A DNA stretch of 13,377 nt from IMG/VR virus record IMGVR_UViG_3300028844_004135, one strand, 5' to 3'. This stretch comes from a virus. The notes under the pieces are model-generated. The model did not search any database and was not told the DNA's origin. It saw only the letters and a program-made list of their open reading frames with translations. Of this stretch, positions 1-7,908 are shown piece by piece. Both the position numbers and the translations under genes were made by a program. How positions within the stretch are numbered: position 1 is the stretch's first letter; the number at the start of each line of letters is the position of its first letter.

Positions 1-144
1 TATGAATCAATAACTTAGCTAAAGTAACAAGGTGTAACATGTGTTACTAGAATGCTACCTGAGAATCATTCTCATTTGGCGGAGATTATACAGACTGGTA
101 TTCGTAGGGGGATTCATAAGTGTCTAACCCCCCTATTCGTTACT
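1..144. repeat. Direct terminal repeat, left copy (144 bp)
   Basis: Checked base by base, it is identical to 13234-13377. It contains palindromes GTAACAtgTGTTAC (34-47) and GAGAATcATTCTC (61-73), and a TAGGGGG/CCCCCTA hairpin (105-135). Confidence 0.95.
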
Positions 145-246
145 AAAACACTATATTCGTTACCTCCATATTCATCACTAAACCCCCACATTTCCCCCAT
201 ATTCTAATAGTTGCCGTAGTGTTACATTTCCCCTATGATTAACCCC
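128..246. repeat. Cluster of C-tracts (G-tracts on the coding strand) with recurring CCCC(C)-TAT/ATATTC context
   Basis: There is a C6 run at 128-133, C5 runs at 183-187 and 194-198, and C4 runs at 230-233 and 243-246. TATTCGTTAC-like units occur at 134-143 and 154-163, with ATATTC at 169-174 and 199-204. Confidence 0.8.
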
Positions 247-464
247 TAATACCTTGCTTGAGTGAGCTACCCTTTAGGGTGATGCTTGCATCATATGTGC
301 AACATATAGTGAGTGAATTGGTATTGAGAGTATTACTATTTAAAGGTGTTATATTTGGACAATAGTAGGGGGTTTTAGACGAGTTAGTATAATGTTGGTA
401 TGATTGTATAGGTAAGTTATAGGTCTTGTTAGAGAGGCTTAGAGGAGGTTTAATTAATAGGGTA

Positions 465-503
465 CAAATAAGAAAGCCCCACCTAAATAAATAGGGGGGG
501 GCT
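465..503 (-). terminator. Rho-independent terminator after the last gene
   Basis: The minus-strand RNA reads AGCCCCCCC-uauuuauuua-GGUGGGGCU followed by UUCUUAUUU. The stem includes a G8 run on the plus strand (494-501). Confidence 0.7.
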
Positions 504-507
504 ATTA

Positions 508-723
508 CTATTCTCTATATTTTGATTTGATTACTTCTACGTCTGTTTTAATAATGTTGATGTCTGATTTAATGTCACCAAGTACTGCTAATATTGTTTC
601 TATTCTGGTAACCCTAATGTCTAGTTCATCTACTTTATTAACGTATTTCCTAAGTGTCCATCCCATAAATGTGATTACAGCACCAAATAAGTAACTTAAT
701 GCTGTTCCTGTAGTTAATACCAC
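508..723 (-). CDS. Membrane-anchored coiled-coil protein (71 aa); holin- or i-spanin-like lysis candidate
   Basis: The GTG start follows AAGGAGA at 7-nt spacing. It has one N-terminal hydrophobic helix (LTTGTALSYLFGAVITFMGWTL), then a charged heptad-like C-terminus. It is the last gene, downstream of the fibre like T7 gene 17.5. Confidence 0.45.
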   Translation of the reverse strand: MVLTTGTALSYLFGAVITFMGWTLRKYVNKVDELDIRVTRIETILAVLGDIKSDINIIKTDVEVIKSKYRE

Positions 724-761
724 TTGCTATTCTCCTTAGCCTGTAATAATATGACTGTGTT

Positions 762-805
762 AGAGGGGTAGTGAGTATTACAGTACCCACATGGAACACC
801 CCTCT
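762..805 (-). other. Intergenic stem-loop after the fibre gene
   Basis: AGAGGGGT (762-769) and ACCCCTCT (798-805) form a perfect 8-bp inverted repeat, with inner pairing GTGAGTA/TACCCAC at 6 of 7 positions. Confidence 0.5.
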
Positions 806-815
806 GATTAAACTA

Positions 816-2168
816 TTATAGGCTAATCCAAGTACCAGTAGTAGTAGCTCTACCTTCTTTAAAGTAGGTCTTACCTGCAAAGGTACCACTTAGTATTAGA
901 CATACATAATGTACACGGTCAATGTCACCATTTGTTCTACTAAGGAATAGTTGTGTATGTGCACTTTGACCTACTGCATCTTCTGGAAAAGAGAAAGCAT
1001 CTCCTGCAAAAGTAGGCTGTACATTACGGTAATACCATTCAATCTTTTGTAGAGGCATGTTATTAAAAGTGGTACCACTAGGGTAAGCACCTGCTGAAAT
1101 AAGACCTGCTACTACATCATCACCAGTACCACCAATAGAAGGAGTAACAATAAGTTGAGTTTGGGTTACAGGGTCCCATACACGGTTTTGTACCACAGTC
1201 ATAACAGGTAAGTTATAACCTTCACTTAATATAATACCACCACCACCACCAGAAGATTCTAACTCAGACCATTCACCATCTTTACGAGTGTACTGTATAC
1301 CATCAATAGGAGCATCAGCAATGGAAGCATCTACCTTAGTCTTAAGTTCTGTAGTAAAAGAAGCAGTAGTATTAGTTAATACAGAGGCTTGTGGTTGTTT
1401 GTTGTTTAATGCGGCATTAAGTTGAGCATTGTCACTAGTGAGTCCAGTTAAATCTCCGAAACCTACACTAACATCAATTACAGGCTTCTTAGCATCTGTA
1501 TTATTAACTGTAACAAGGTCACCACCTACTACTTCACTAACACCACCACCAGTAACAAGAGACTCTAAGTCAGAAACTTGTTGTCTACTCATAACACCAG
1601 ATTTAGTGGTAGTAGCACTAGGTAATGATTGTAGTGCTGAGGTTTGACCACTTAGTTTAAAGAAGTAATTGTCTTGGTCAGAGTTCTGTACAATCTCAAC
1701 TATTGTGTCATCATCTAATTTAGTGTCAATACTATTACTTAAAGTAGTAAGTTCAGTTTCAAGACCTGTAATTGTGTCAATACTTTGTGAACCAGTCATA
1801 TTACTACGTGAGAAAGCATTTGCGGCCTTTCCAGTAGGGTCATATACACTAGCTAACATGTCACCAGTACCACCACCACCGCCACCTGTAGCTGTAGAGC
1901 TAATAATAGGGTTGCTAGGGTCTGTGTTGTCAATAGTAATATTGTCTCCTGCTACTACAGACATAACACCTGCGTCTACTGTAGTAACTTCACTCCAATC
2001 TGCATCTTTACGAGCATACTGTTTACCGTCAATAGGGGCTTCACCTATACCACTAGTTGGTTCTGTCCATGTGTCTAATATTTCCTCAGCTCTGTTAGCC
2101 TGTAATACTAGTTTATTCTTAGCCGCTACAATCTCAGCGGTAATTGTTTCATCTACAAATTGTGCCAT
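816..2168 (-). CDS. Tail fibre / receptor-binding protein
   Basis: It is 450 aa with duplicated motifs. EAPIDGKQYARKDADWSEV (aa 43-61) pairs with DAPIDGIQYTRKDGEWSEL (aa 285-303). GVMSVVAGDNITIDNTDPSNPII (aa 67-89) pairs with GVSEVVGGDLVTVNNTDAKKPVI (aa 209-231). It has Gly6 and Gly5 linkers and the fibre-typical motifs MLASVYDP and ATTTKSGVMS. Confidence 0.8.
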   Translation of the reverse strand: MAQFVDETITAEIVAAKNKLVLQANRAEEILDTWTEPTSGIGEAPIDGKQYARKDADWSEVTTVDAGVMSVVAGDNITIDNTDPSNPIISSTATGGGGGGTGDMLASVYDPTGKAANAFSRSNMTGSQSIDTITGLETELTTLSNSIDTKLDDDTIVEIVQNSDQDNYFFKLSGQTSALQSLPSATTTKSGVMSRQQVSDLESLVTGGGVSEVVGGDLVTVNNTDAKKPVIDVSVGFGDLTGLTSDNAQLNAALNNKQPQASVLTNTTASFTTELKTKVDASIADAPIDGIQYTRKDGEWSELESSGGGGGIILSEGYNLPVMTVVQNRVWDPVTQTQLIVTPSIGGTGDDVVAGLISAGAYPSGTTFNNMPLQKIEWYYRNVQPTFAGDAFSFPEDAVGQSAHTQLFLSRTNGDIDRVHYVCLILSGTFAGKTYFKEGRATTTGTWISL

Positions 2169-2189
2169 TATATTTATTCCTTTTATATT

Positions 2190-2208
2190 AGAGTGGAGTA
2201 CCCACTCT
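2190..2208 (-). other. Intergenic stem-loop between the 166-aa gene and the fibre gene
   Basis: AGAGTGG-agtac-CCACTCT has a perfect 7-bp stem and starts right after the TAA at 2209-2211. No U-tract follows on the minus strand, so it is not a classic terminator. Confidence 0.45.
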
Positions 2209-2709
2209 TTAGTTTATTACTTTTGAGAGAACTAGAGTATTCATAAACTCTACTCCATCAACTGCTTGTTCAAATTGTGAAAGGTTACTCCAATCAACTT
2301 CATAGAAAGCTCGGTCATTTACTATGTTTTCCTCAGCAGAGGTGTATATTAAATAACAACGTCTATAACTACTCTGTCCATTGTTTTCCCAGTAGTTAAT
2401 ACCTATAGTTGTAAAAGGGGAACCTTTAAACATAACGTAATCAGGGTCAACACTCTTACCTATACCTGTAAACCTACCTCCCTCATTAGTGTAAACAGAG
2501 GGGTCAATAACAGGGAAGTCCTGTCTAGTGTGTAGCTCTAACTCAGCCTCAATCTCTAGTCTTTGAAGGTCTGCTACAGGCTCTAGAGATGATTTAGGTC
2601 TATTTAAAGGTACTAGTTGACCTTCTCCTCTCTTATATATATAATCATCATAATCTTTACGAATAACGGTATATATATGTCTAGTTAAACCTCTTGTTCT
2701 TTTACTCAT
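2209..2709 (-). CDS. Hypothetical protein (166 aa), possibly virion or tail-associated
   Basis: It has an ATGA overlap with terL and a basic N-terminus. It lies between terminase and fibre. No family was recognised. Confidence 0.55.
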   Translation of the reverse strand: MSKRTRGLTRHIYTVIRKDYDDYIYKRGEGQLVPLNRPKSSLEPVADLQRLEIEAELELHTRQDFPVIDPSVYTNEGGRFTGIGKSVDPDYVMFKGSPFTTIGINYWENNGQSSYRRCYLIYTSAEENIVNDRAFYEVDWSNLSQFEQAVDGVEFMNTLVLSKVIN

Positions 2710-4172
2710 AGTCTTGTTCTACCTCTTATTTTACGTTGTGGACTAATCTTAATCTGAGTAGTAATCATTTTCTTAGTTAGGATGAACAGTAAATCTGCCA
2801 AAGCATCGGCTTGGTCATCGTGTACACCTCGTTTACGTACATTGAAGTCTAGAGATTCTAGTTCCTCAAAGAACTTTTTATTCCAAGGTGCATTTACTAC
2901 AAAGATTTTACGTTCTTGTGCTAATATACTAACAGGTTCAAAACGTAATGCTTTTCCTTTGTTCGTATTACATATTATAACATTAAAACCTAATCGACTT
3001 AGCTTTGATTTACAGTTGTCAGCACTTTCTTTACCTGCCGCTCCAACATCACGAGGAATACCTACTACACAACCCTTACCATCTTTGGAACCATCCTTTT
3101 CAATAGCTTGTTGTACCATAGCAGGTCTGTCTTTTAGTATAGTTACATCCTCAACCCATAGGTTACCATCTTCATCTAGACAGCCTTTAATACCTACACT
3201 AGCATCTGGGTCAGGGTTATTAGGATTAGGCTTAGTAGCCGCTCTGTCCCAAGCTCTAGCTCTACGTAAATGTTTAGGTACATCAGCAGAGTCTACCATA
3301 GTAACCCACTCTTGTTTGAATAGTGAACCACCACCAACATCAGCAAACCAACAACCTTCATAAAGTTTCATTCTCTCTACTCTAGGTAAGTTTTTAAGTT
3401 TACCAATATAACTAGGTAAGTGTTTTACAATCCATGGGTTGTCATATACGTTAGCAGAGTAGAATACAAACTTCTGTGGTTCTAATTCAGTAGTAAATTC
3501 TTCACCATATTCATCAACAAAGTCTTGGTATTCTTTTCTAAACTCTACTGTACCTGCTACTTCTGCCATGTAGGTAGTCTTACCATCCATTTCTTTAACA
3601 GGGAATCCTTTTTCATCTAAGTAACCACCTTTAATTAGCCATTGACATAAGTAAGAATTCTTCTCAGGGTTACAGGTTAACTTTAATTGGTGTTTCTTCT
3701 TAGATTTACTACGTAGACGAGAGCCTAAGTATAATACACCTTGCTCTGGTAATTGCTGTGCTTCATCTATAAGGAAACGTGTACATTGTGCTCCTTGGTA
3801 GTTGTGCTTGTCTTGTTCCTTGTCTAAAGCACCTAGTTTTAGTTTAGCACCACTTGAGAATTGGAAGTCCATAGCTTGACCACGGGGTTTAATACCAAAC
3901 TCAGAGAATAAATCACATGCACTGTCATACATACTACCTGCATTCTTCATCACTTCTTTCGTTTTACGTATAATCATAGCTCTAAATAGTGGGTCATCAT
4001 AACCACTAACTAACAAATCAATTAAACTAACCTCACTTTTTCCTGAACCAGCACTTCCTCCCCAACAACATATGTCATTAACGTCATCATTAAGGTAAAG
4101 TTCCTGTTTACGTGAAAGGGGTCTTACTAGTCTAATCTCTTTTAACTGGTCTTGTGTGTATTTATATGCCAT
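2706..4172 (-). CDS. terL: Terminase large subunit
   Basis: It is 488 aa with RBS AAGGAG. It has Walker A GGSAGSGKS, Walker B RFLIDEAQQL and the TCNP motif. The C-terminal RNaseH-like nuclease region carries AWDRAAT and VHDDQADAL acidic motifs. Confidence 0.95.
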   Translation of the reverse strand: MAYKYTQDQLKEIRLVRPLSRKQELYLNDDVNDICCWGGSAGSGKSEVSLIDLLVSGYDDPLFRAMIIRKTKEVMKNAGSMYDSACDLFSEFGIKPRGQAMDFQFSSGAKLKLGALDKEQDKHNYQGAQCTRFLIDEAQQLPEQGVLYLGSRLRSKSKKKHQLKLTCNPEKNSYLCQWLIKGGYLDEKGFPVKEMDGKTTYMAEVAGTVEFRKEYQDFVDEYGEEFTTELEPQKFVFYSANVYDNPWIVKHLPSYIGKLKNLPRVERMKLYEGCWFADVGGGSLFKQEWVTMVDSADVPKHLRRARAWDRAATKPNPNNPDPDASVGIKGCLDEDGNLWVEDVTILKDRPAMVQQAIEKDGSKDGKGCVVGIPRDVGAAGKESADNCKSKLSRLGFNVIICNTNKGKALRFEPVSILAQERKIFVVNAPWNKKFFEELESLDFNVRKRGVHDDQADALADLLFILTKKMITTQIKISPQRKIRGRTRL

Positions 4173-4193
4173 TATTTATGCTCCTTATAAACG

Positions 4194-4229
4194 AAAAAAG
4201 GAGGGCAGGGAATAAACCCATACCCTCCT
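4194..4229 (-). terminator. Rho-independent terminator or attenuator directly after the capsid gene
   Basis: The minus strand reads AGGAGGG-tatgggtttattccctg-CCCTCCT followed by TTTTTCG. The TerL RBS (AAGGAG) lies just downstream. Confidence 0.75.
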
Positions 4230-4249
4230 ATGATGTAACTTAACTTAAA

Positions 4250-5251
4250 TTAAGCTTTAATTGTTAAGTAGAATACAGAAGCAATCTCTTGTAATACTAC
4301 TAAAGTGTTTTGTTCACTTTCAGTTTCAACGTAACGGTCTTTAGGGTCACGGTATGAACTAGCGAAACGTTTAGCACCAGAAGCACCAACACCAGACAAT
4401 TTACTAACTGGACCAAAGAATACATTACCTAAAGAACCACGTGGTAATAGTACAGCTTCATCGTCAGCTAATGGTTGAACACTAGAACCTTTAACGTTGA
4501 ATACGTCATCATATTGAACTAATGTAATGTTACCGTATTGGAATGAAACATAACCGTTAGCAACTTCACCTAATTCATTACGTAGTGGAGAGTTTTGACC
4601 TGCTACTAAGTAACCTTCTTTAATACCTTCTTGACTAACGAAAGCATCGAAGAAATCAGCACCACATAACATAACATAACCACGTAAACGACCACCGTAA
4701 GTTTTCTTAATTTGGTTAGTCAATGCACGGAATTGAGATTCCATAGAAGCAGTAGCACTAAAGTCAATTTCAGAAGTTTTCTTAGTAACACCGAACTCAG
4801 AGAACATGTCGATTGTACCAAAGTTAGTAGTAGCTAGAACGCCTTTACAAAGCATGTTAGCTTGTAAGTATTCTAATGTGTTGTCATGTTGCTCAGATTG
4901 TTTCTCAAGTTCTTCTGCTACTGCACCTTCAATTGCTTGTTCAACATCAGTGTCAAAGTTACGAATACCTTTAAGCTGTTTAACAGTGATTGTACCTTCC
5001 ATCGGGTAATGTGGGATTGGTAGTAAATGAGTTTTGTACTCAGAAGCATCTACACCATTTTTCTTGTCTGTATTACGTAGGTGGTCATCAAGAACTACTA
5101 GACGAGACTCACGTTCATCAAATGTAATTGAATCAGCGTTAGAAGTTTCTTCACCAAATAATCCTAAAGCAGAGATTAGGTTAGGTTTGAATGGGATTAG
5201 AGTGATTGCTTTAGTACGGTCAACGTAAGTTGAGTTGTTTAAAATAGCCAT
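4250..5251 (-). CDS. Major capsid protein (lambda gpE-like, HK97 fold)
   Basis: It is 333 aa with RBS AAAGGAA. The blocks IPFKPNLISALGLF, LPIPHYPMEGTITVKQLKGIRNF and TLEYLQANMLCKGVL, plus the C-terminus QNTLVVLQEIASVFYLT, resemble Phage_cap_E-type capsid proteins. A strong terminator follows. Confidence 0.8.
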   Translation of the reverse strand: MAILNNSTYVDRTKAITLIPFKPNLISALGLFGEETSNADSITFDERESRLVVLDDHLRNTDKKNGVDASEYKTHLLPIPHYPMEGTITVKQLKGIRNFDTDVEQAIEGAVAEELEKQSEQHDNTLEYLQANMLCKGVLATTNFGTIDMFSEFGVTKKTSEIDFSATASMESQFRALTNQIKKTYGGRLRGYVMLCGADFFDAFVSQEGIKEGYLVAGQNSPLRNELGEVANGYVSFQYGNITLVQYDDVFNVKGSSVQPLADDEAVLLPRGSLGNVFFGPVSKLSGVGASGAKRFASSYRDPKDRYVETESEQNTLVVLQEIASVFYLTIKA

Positions 5252-5280
5252 TGTATTTATTTTCCTTTTATATTATTGTA

Positions 5281-5302
5281 ACGAACGAGATTACCCGTCC
5301 GT
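5281..5302 (-). other. Intergenic RNA stem-loop upstream of the capsid gene
   Basis: The minus-strand RNA ACGGACG-N8-CGUUCGU forms 7 bp including one G-U pair. The plus strand would have an A-C mismatch, so the structure is favoured in the sense transcript. Confidence 0.4.
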
Positions 5303-5311
5303 ATATTTGAT

Positions 5312-5569
5312 TTATGCTACTACGATTGATGCAGGTAAAGTTGAAACATCACCTGTTAATTCAGAAGCTTTAACGATCGATGGGTTACCACGAACCATAA
5401 CACGTACAATTTCACCTGTAGAACCACCAGCAGAAACGATTCCACCATCTACAATTTCACCATCTACTGCGTCTGCGGCTAAAGTTACTTCTGCAAAACA
5501 TACATCGTAACCTCCATTAACTTCCATAATCCACTGTTCTGGTGCTTTTACTGTTGCTATAACTGGCAT
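5312..5569 (-). CDS. Head decoration-like protein (85 aa; gpD/DUF2190-like position)
   Basis: The RBS is AAGGAA. It is a Gly/Val-rich beta-type protein immediately upstream of the major capsid gene. Confidence 0.4.
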   Translation of the reverse strand: MPVIATVKAPEQWIMEVNGGYDVCFAEVTLAADAVDGEIVDGGIVSAGGSTGEIVRVMVRGNPSIVKASELTGDVSTLPASIVVA

Positions 5570-5581
5570 ACTATTTATTCC

Positions 5582-5926
5582 TTATTGTTGTTTATATTTA
5601 TTTGCAAGAATTTCAGTGGCACTCAGTGCTTCAACTTCATCTTCTTGTTCATCTGTGTTTAAGTCTTGATTAGCATCTGTTTGTTGCTCATGCCAATCTC
5701 CACCACTTATAGCAGAAATCTGCTTCTCTTTAGTTTCTAACAATTCAAATACTTTGTCGAAACCATCAGTCCCATGTAACTTTGAAAATACAGGAGCTAA
5801 TTCTTTCACTAATTCATCATCGTATACTAAGGTTTTTAATACTTTAGTATAATGTGCTAGTGAATCCTCTTGAGCAGTCTCAGCACGTTTACCGTGACCG
5901 TTCATAATCTTTTCTAACCAACTCAT
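5582..5926 (-). CDS. Scaffolding-like protein (114 aa)
   Basis: It has an ATGA overlap with the upstream ORF. The composition is helix-prone with a very acidic C-terminal half (DANQDLNTDEQEDEVE). It lies between portal and capsid. Confidence 0.4.
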   Translation of the reverse strand: MSWLEKIMNGHGKRAETAQEDSLAHYTKVLKTLVYDDELVKELAPVFSKLHGTDGFDKVFELLETKEKQISAISGGDWHEQQTDANQDLNTDEQEDEVEALSATEILANKYKQQ

Positions 5927-6306
5927 TTATTTTCTCCGAATAATCCATCAAAGTCTTTCCAATCTTTACGTTTATTACCACGAATCATAATTGGAATACG
6001 AGAAGTTCCAGTCTTGTCAGCACCTTGTTTCATCTTAAGGGCTTTAAGTCTTTTCTCCATTGCTGAAATACTAAAGATTGAACTGTCTACATCACCGAAT
6101 GTTTCATCAGTAGGGTTAAGAGCATAGTAATTAATAATATTCTCTAAACAGTCAATAGCTGTTAGCATTTCATCTTGGTTATTGTTGTAGTAACTGTACT
6201 CATATATTGAGTCATCTAACAAAGGCCAATCAGGGCTAATGTCACCAACCATTAAACGAATACGGTCTACAGGGTTACTTGCTAAATTACCAGAATCAAA
6301 ACTCAT
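5923..6306 (-). CDS. Possible head-tail adaptor / head completion protein (127 aa)
   Basis: It starts directly after the portal stop (TAAATG). VDRIRLMVGDISPDWPLLDDSIYEY resembles the N-terminal motif of gp6/gp15-type connector proteins. The support is weak. Confidence 0.3.
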   Translation of the reverse strand: MSFDSGNLASNPVDRIRLMVGDISPDWPLLDDSIYEYSYYNNNQDEMLTAIDCLENIINYYALNPTDETFGDVDSSIFSISAMEKRLKALKMKQGADKTGTSRIPIMIRGNKRKDWKDFDGLFGENK

Positions 6307-7614
6307 TTACTTCTCCTTCTCTTTGCGGTCATTTAAGTCAGCCTTAGTACCACTTAATTCACGGGAAGTAGTAGTGTCTTTCTTAGGAGCATTGAACATT
6401 TTACGTACCCAATCTTCCAATTCATCATCAGCTTTAACAACACCTTCACTAACCATACGTTGCCATCCTCTACTAAAGGCTTCAAAGTCTAGTTTCTCAA
6501 CTACATCGAATTCTAAGGTAGGGTAACTACTAGTAGGTTCAACAACATTTATTTCGTAAGCTGTTTTAACTGCTTTAGTAAAGTTCTGTGAAACTGATTT
6601 AAGTATTGACTCTACAACAAGTGTTAATATATTAGTCTTTGAATCACTTAATGCAAAAGAACCACCACCATTTTGTCCAAGACTCATAATGTCTGCAAAC
6701 AAAGTCATTAGTATAGAATTCTCATAACGTCCAATGATTGCATTAGTGTCTGAATCATTACCTGCACTATTACCTAGAGTAGTAATGTCAAATAGTGTTT
6801 GTCCACCATCTGTAACATCAGAAGCAACTACAGCAAAAGGAGACTTACCACCGTGAATCAATTCAGCTTGGTCAAATAATTCTTCCATATACTTAGCGTT
6901 GTCACTAGTAGGGTCATTGTAGTAAGCGTTAATGTAATCAGCAGGTGCTTTAATCTTTAATACACCACTAAGGTTCTTAGCTACACCAATGAGTTCATAC
7001 TCACTAGCAATTTCTTTCTTCTTCCAAGGCTTATAACACCTTGCTAGTAGTGATTGACCTAACGGGTTGTCTAAGTCAGGGTTAATACGAAACATTAATA
7101 CTTTGTCACCTTTAACTTTCTGGTCTGTCTTGACGTTTCTTATAAGTAAACCGTCATTCTCAGCAGTAGTTAATTGTAATTCAGTAAGAGTGTTTCTTTC
7201 GTAAACATATTTGCTTACGTTAATAGGGTGAATGGGGCTAAAGGTTTTAAATACCTGTTCGCCACCAGTTCTTGTAAATACCATTTCAAACATACTGTGT
7301 CCATAGTCTAATTCACTTAGAATATAGTTTACAAAGTCTGTTTTAGTCATTCCTTCAAGATTACCAAGTGATTTGTTTAAACCTTTAATTAGTTTAATTT
7401 CTTCTTTAGAAGCATCCTCTGGTGTTGTAATCTTAAAGTCTACTTTATTTATTAGTGATTTGATTAGTGACATTGCACCACCTATGATTTCATCATTCAG
7501 CATTTCACGGTATGTTGTGAATGCCTTAGGTAATCTTAAGTCTGCTAATGCTAATGAGTTAACTGTATTCTCAATATGTAGAGGTTCAGTAACTTGTATA
7601 TTATGTTTTACCAC
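6307..7614 (-). CDS. Portal protein
   Basis: It is 435 aa with a GTG start after AAAGGAG, heading the scaffold/capsid cluster. The blocks YREMLNDEIIGGAMSLIKSLI, CYKPWKKKEIASEYELIGVAKNLSG and LGQNGGGSFALSDSKTNIL resemble conserved portal blocks of the Mu gp29/DUF935 type. Confidence 0.75.
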   Translation of the reverse strand: MVKHNIQVTEPLHIENTVNSLALADLRLPKAFTTYREMLNDEIIGGAMSLIKSLINKVDFKITTPEDASKEEIKLIKGLNKSLGNLEGMTKTDFVNYILSELDYGHSMFEMVFTRTGGEQVFKTFSPIHPINVSKYVYERNTLTELQLTTAENDGLLIRNVKTDQKVKGDKVLMFRINPDLDNPLGQSLLARCYKPWKKKEIASEYELIGVAKNLSGVLKIKAPADYINAYYNDPTSDNAKYMEELFDQAELIHGGKSPFAVVASDVTDGGQTLFDITTLGNSAGNDSDTNAIIGRYENSILMTLFADIMSLGQNGGGSFALSDSKTNILTLVVESILKSVSQNFTKAVKTAYEINVVEPTSSYPTLEFDVVEKLDFEAFSRGWQRMVSEGVVKADDELEDWVRKMFNAPKKDTTTSRELSGTKADLNDRKEKEK

Positions 7615-7615
7615 G

Positions 7616-7873
7616 TTAGTACTCCTTTAGGGCGATGGCTACGTTCTTGGTTAATCTCTTATACCAAGCGGTAGTTGTATAAACTGAACCACCACCATGT
7701 TTAATATATTCTTGTGATGCCCTGTAAAGGAAATGTAAATCTTCCTTGTGATTACTAATCATAAAATCTAACCATTCAGCTAGAGGTTTATTAGCAGGTT
7801 TAGTGCAACTAACGTCTTTGAATATAAATGCTAATTTGAAAGGGTCAAGTGGTATTTGTGTAGCTTTAGCCAT
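7616..7873 (-). CDS. Hypothetical protein (85 aa), first gene of the structural operon
   Basis: The ATG is preceded by GAGG. The stop lies 1 nt before the portal GTG. No family was recognised; it is a small-terminase candidate by position only. Confidence 0.5.
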   Translation of the reverse strand: MAKATQIPLDPFKLAFIFKDVSCTKPANKPLAEWLDFMISNHKEDLHFLYRASQEYIKHGGGSVYTTTAWYKRLTKNVAIALKEY

Positions 7874-7908
7874 ATAACCTCGCTTGTGTTTGTGTCTCTA
7901 TAAGGGTT

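Noticed and set aside
305-314. Ten-nucleotide identity on the minus strand (ACTCACTATA) to the core of the T7 RNA polymerase promoter. It lies downstream of the last gene and points toward the terminal repeat, reminiscent of T7 phiOR.
   Set aside because: It is a single occurrence. The upstream recognition region (-17 to -11) and the +1 GGG do not match, and no RNAP gene is present. A 10-mer hit on two strands of an AT-rich 13-kb genome is not very improbable. It would merit revisiting only if a T7-like helper with this promoter specificity were found.
650-889. Minus-strand 79-aa ORF bridging the fibre and holin-like genes.
   Set aside because: It overlaps the 3' end of the fibre gene and the 5' end of the 71-aa gene in another frame. 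It has no RBS and a low-complexity translation.
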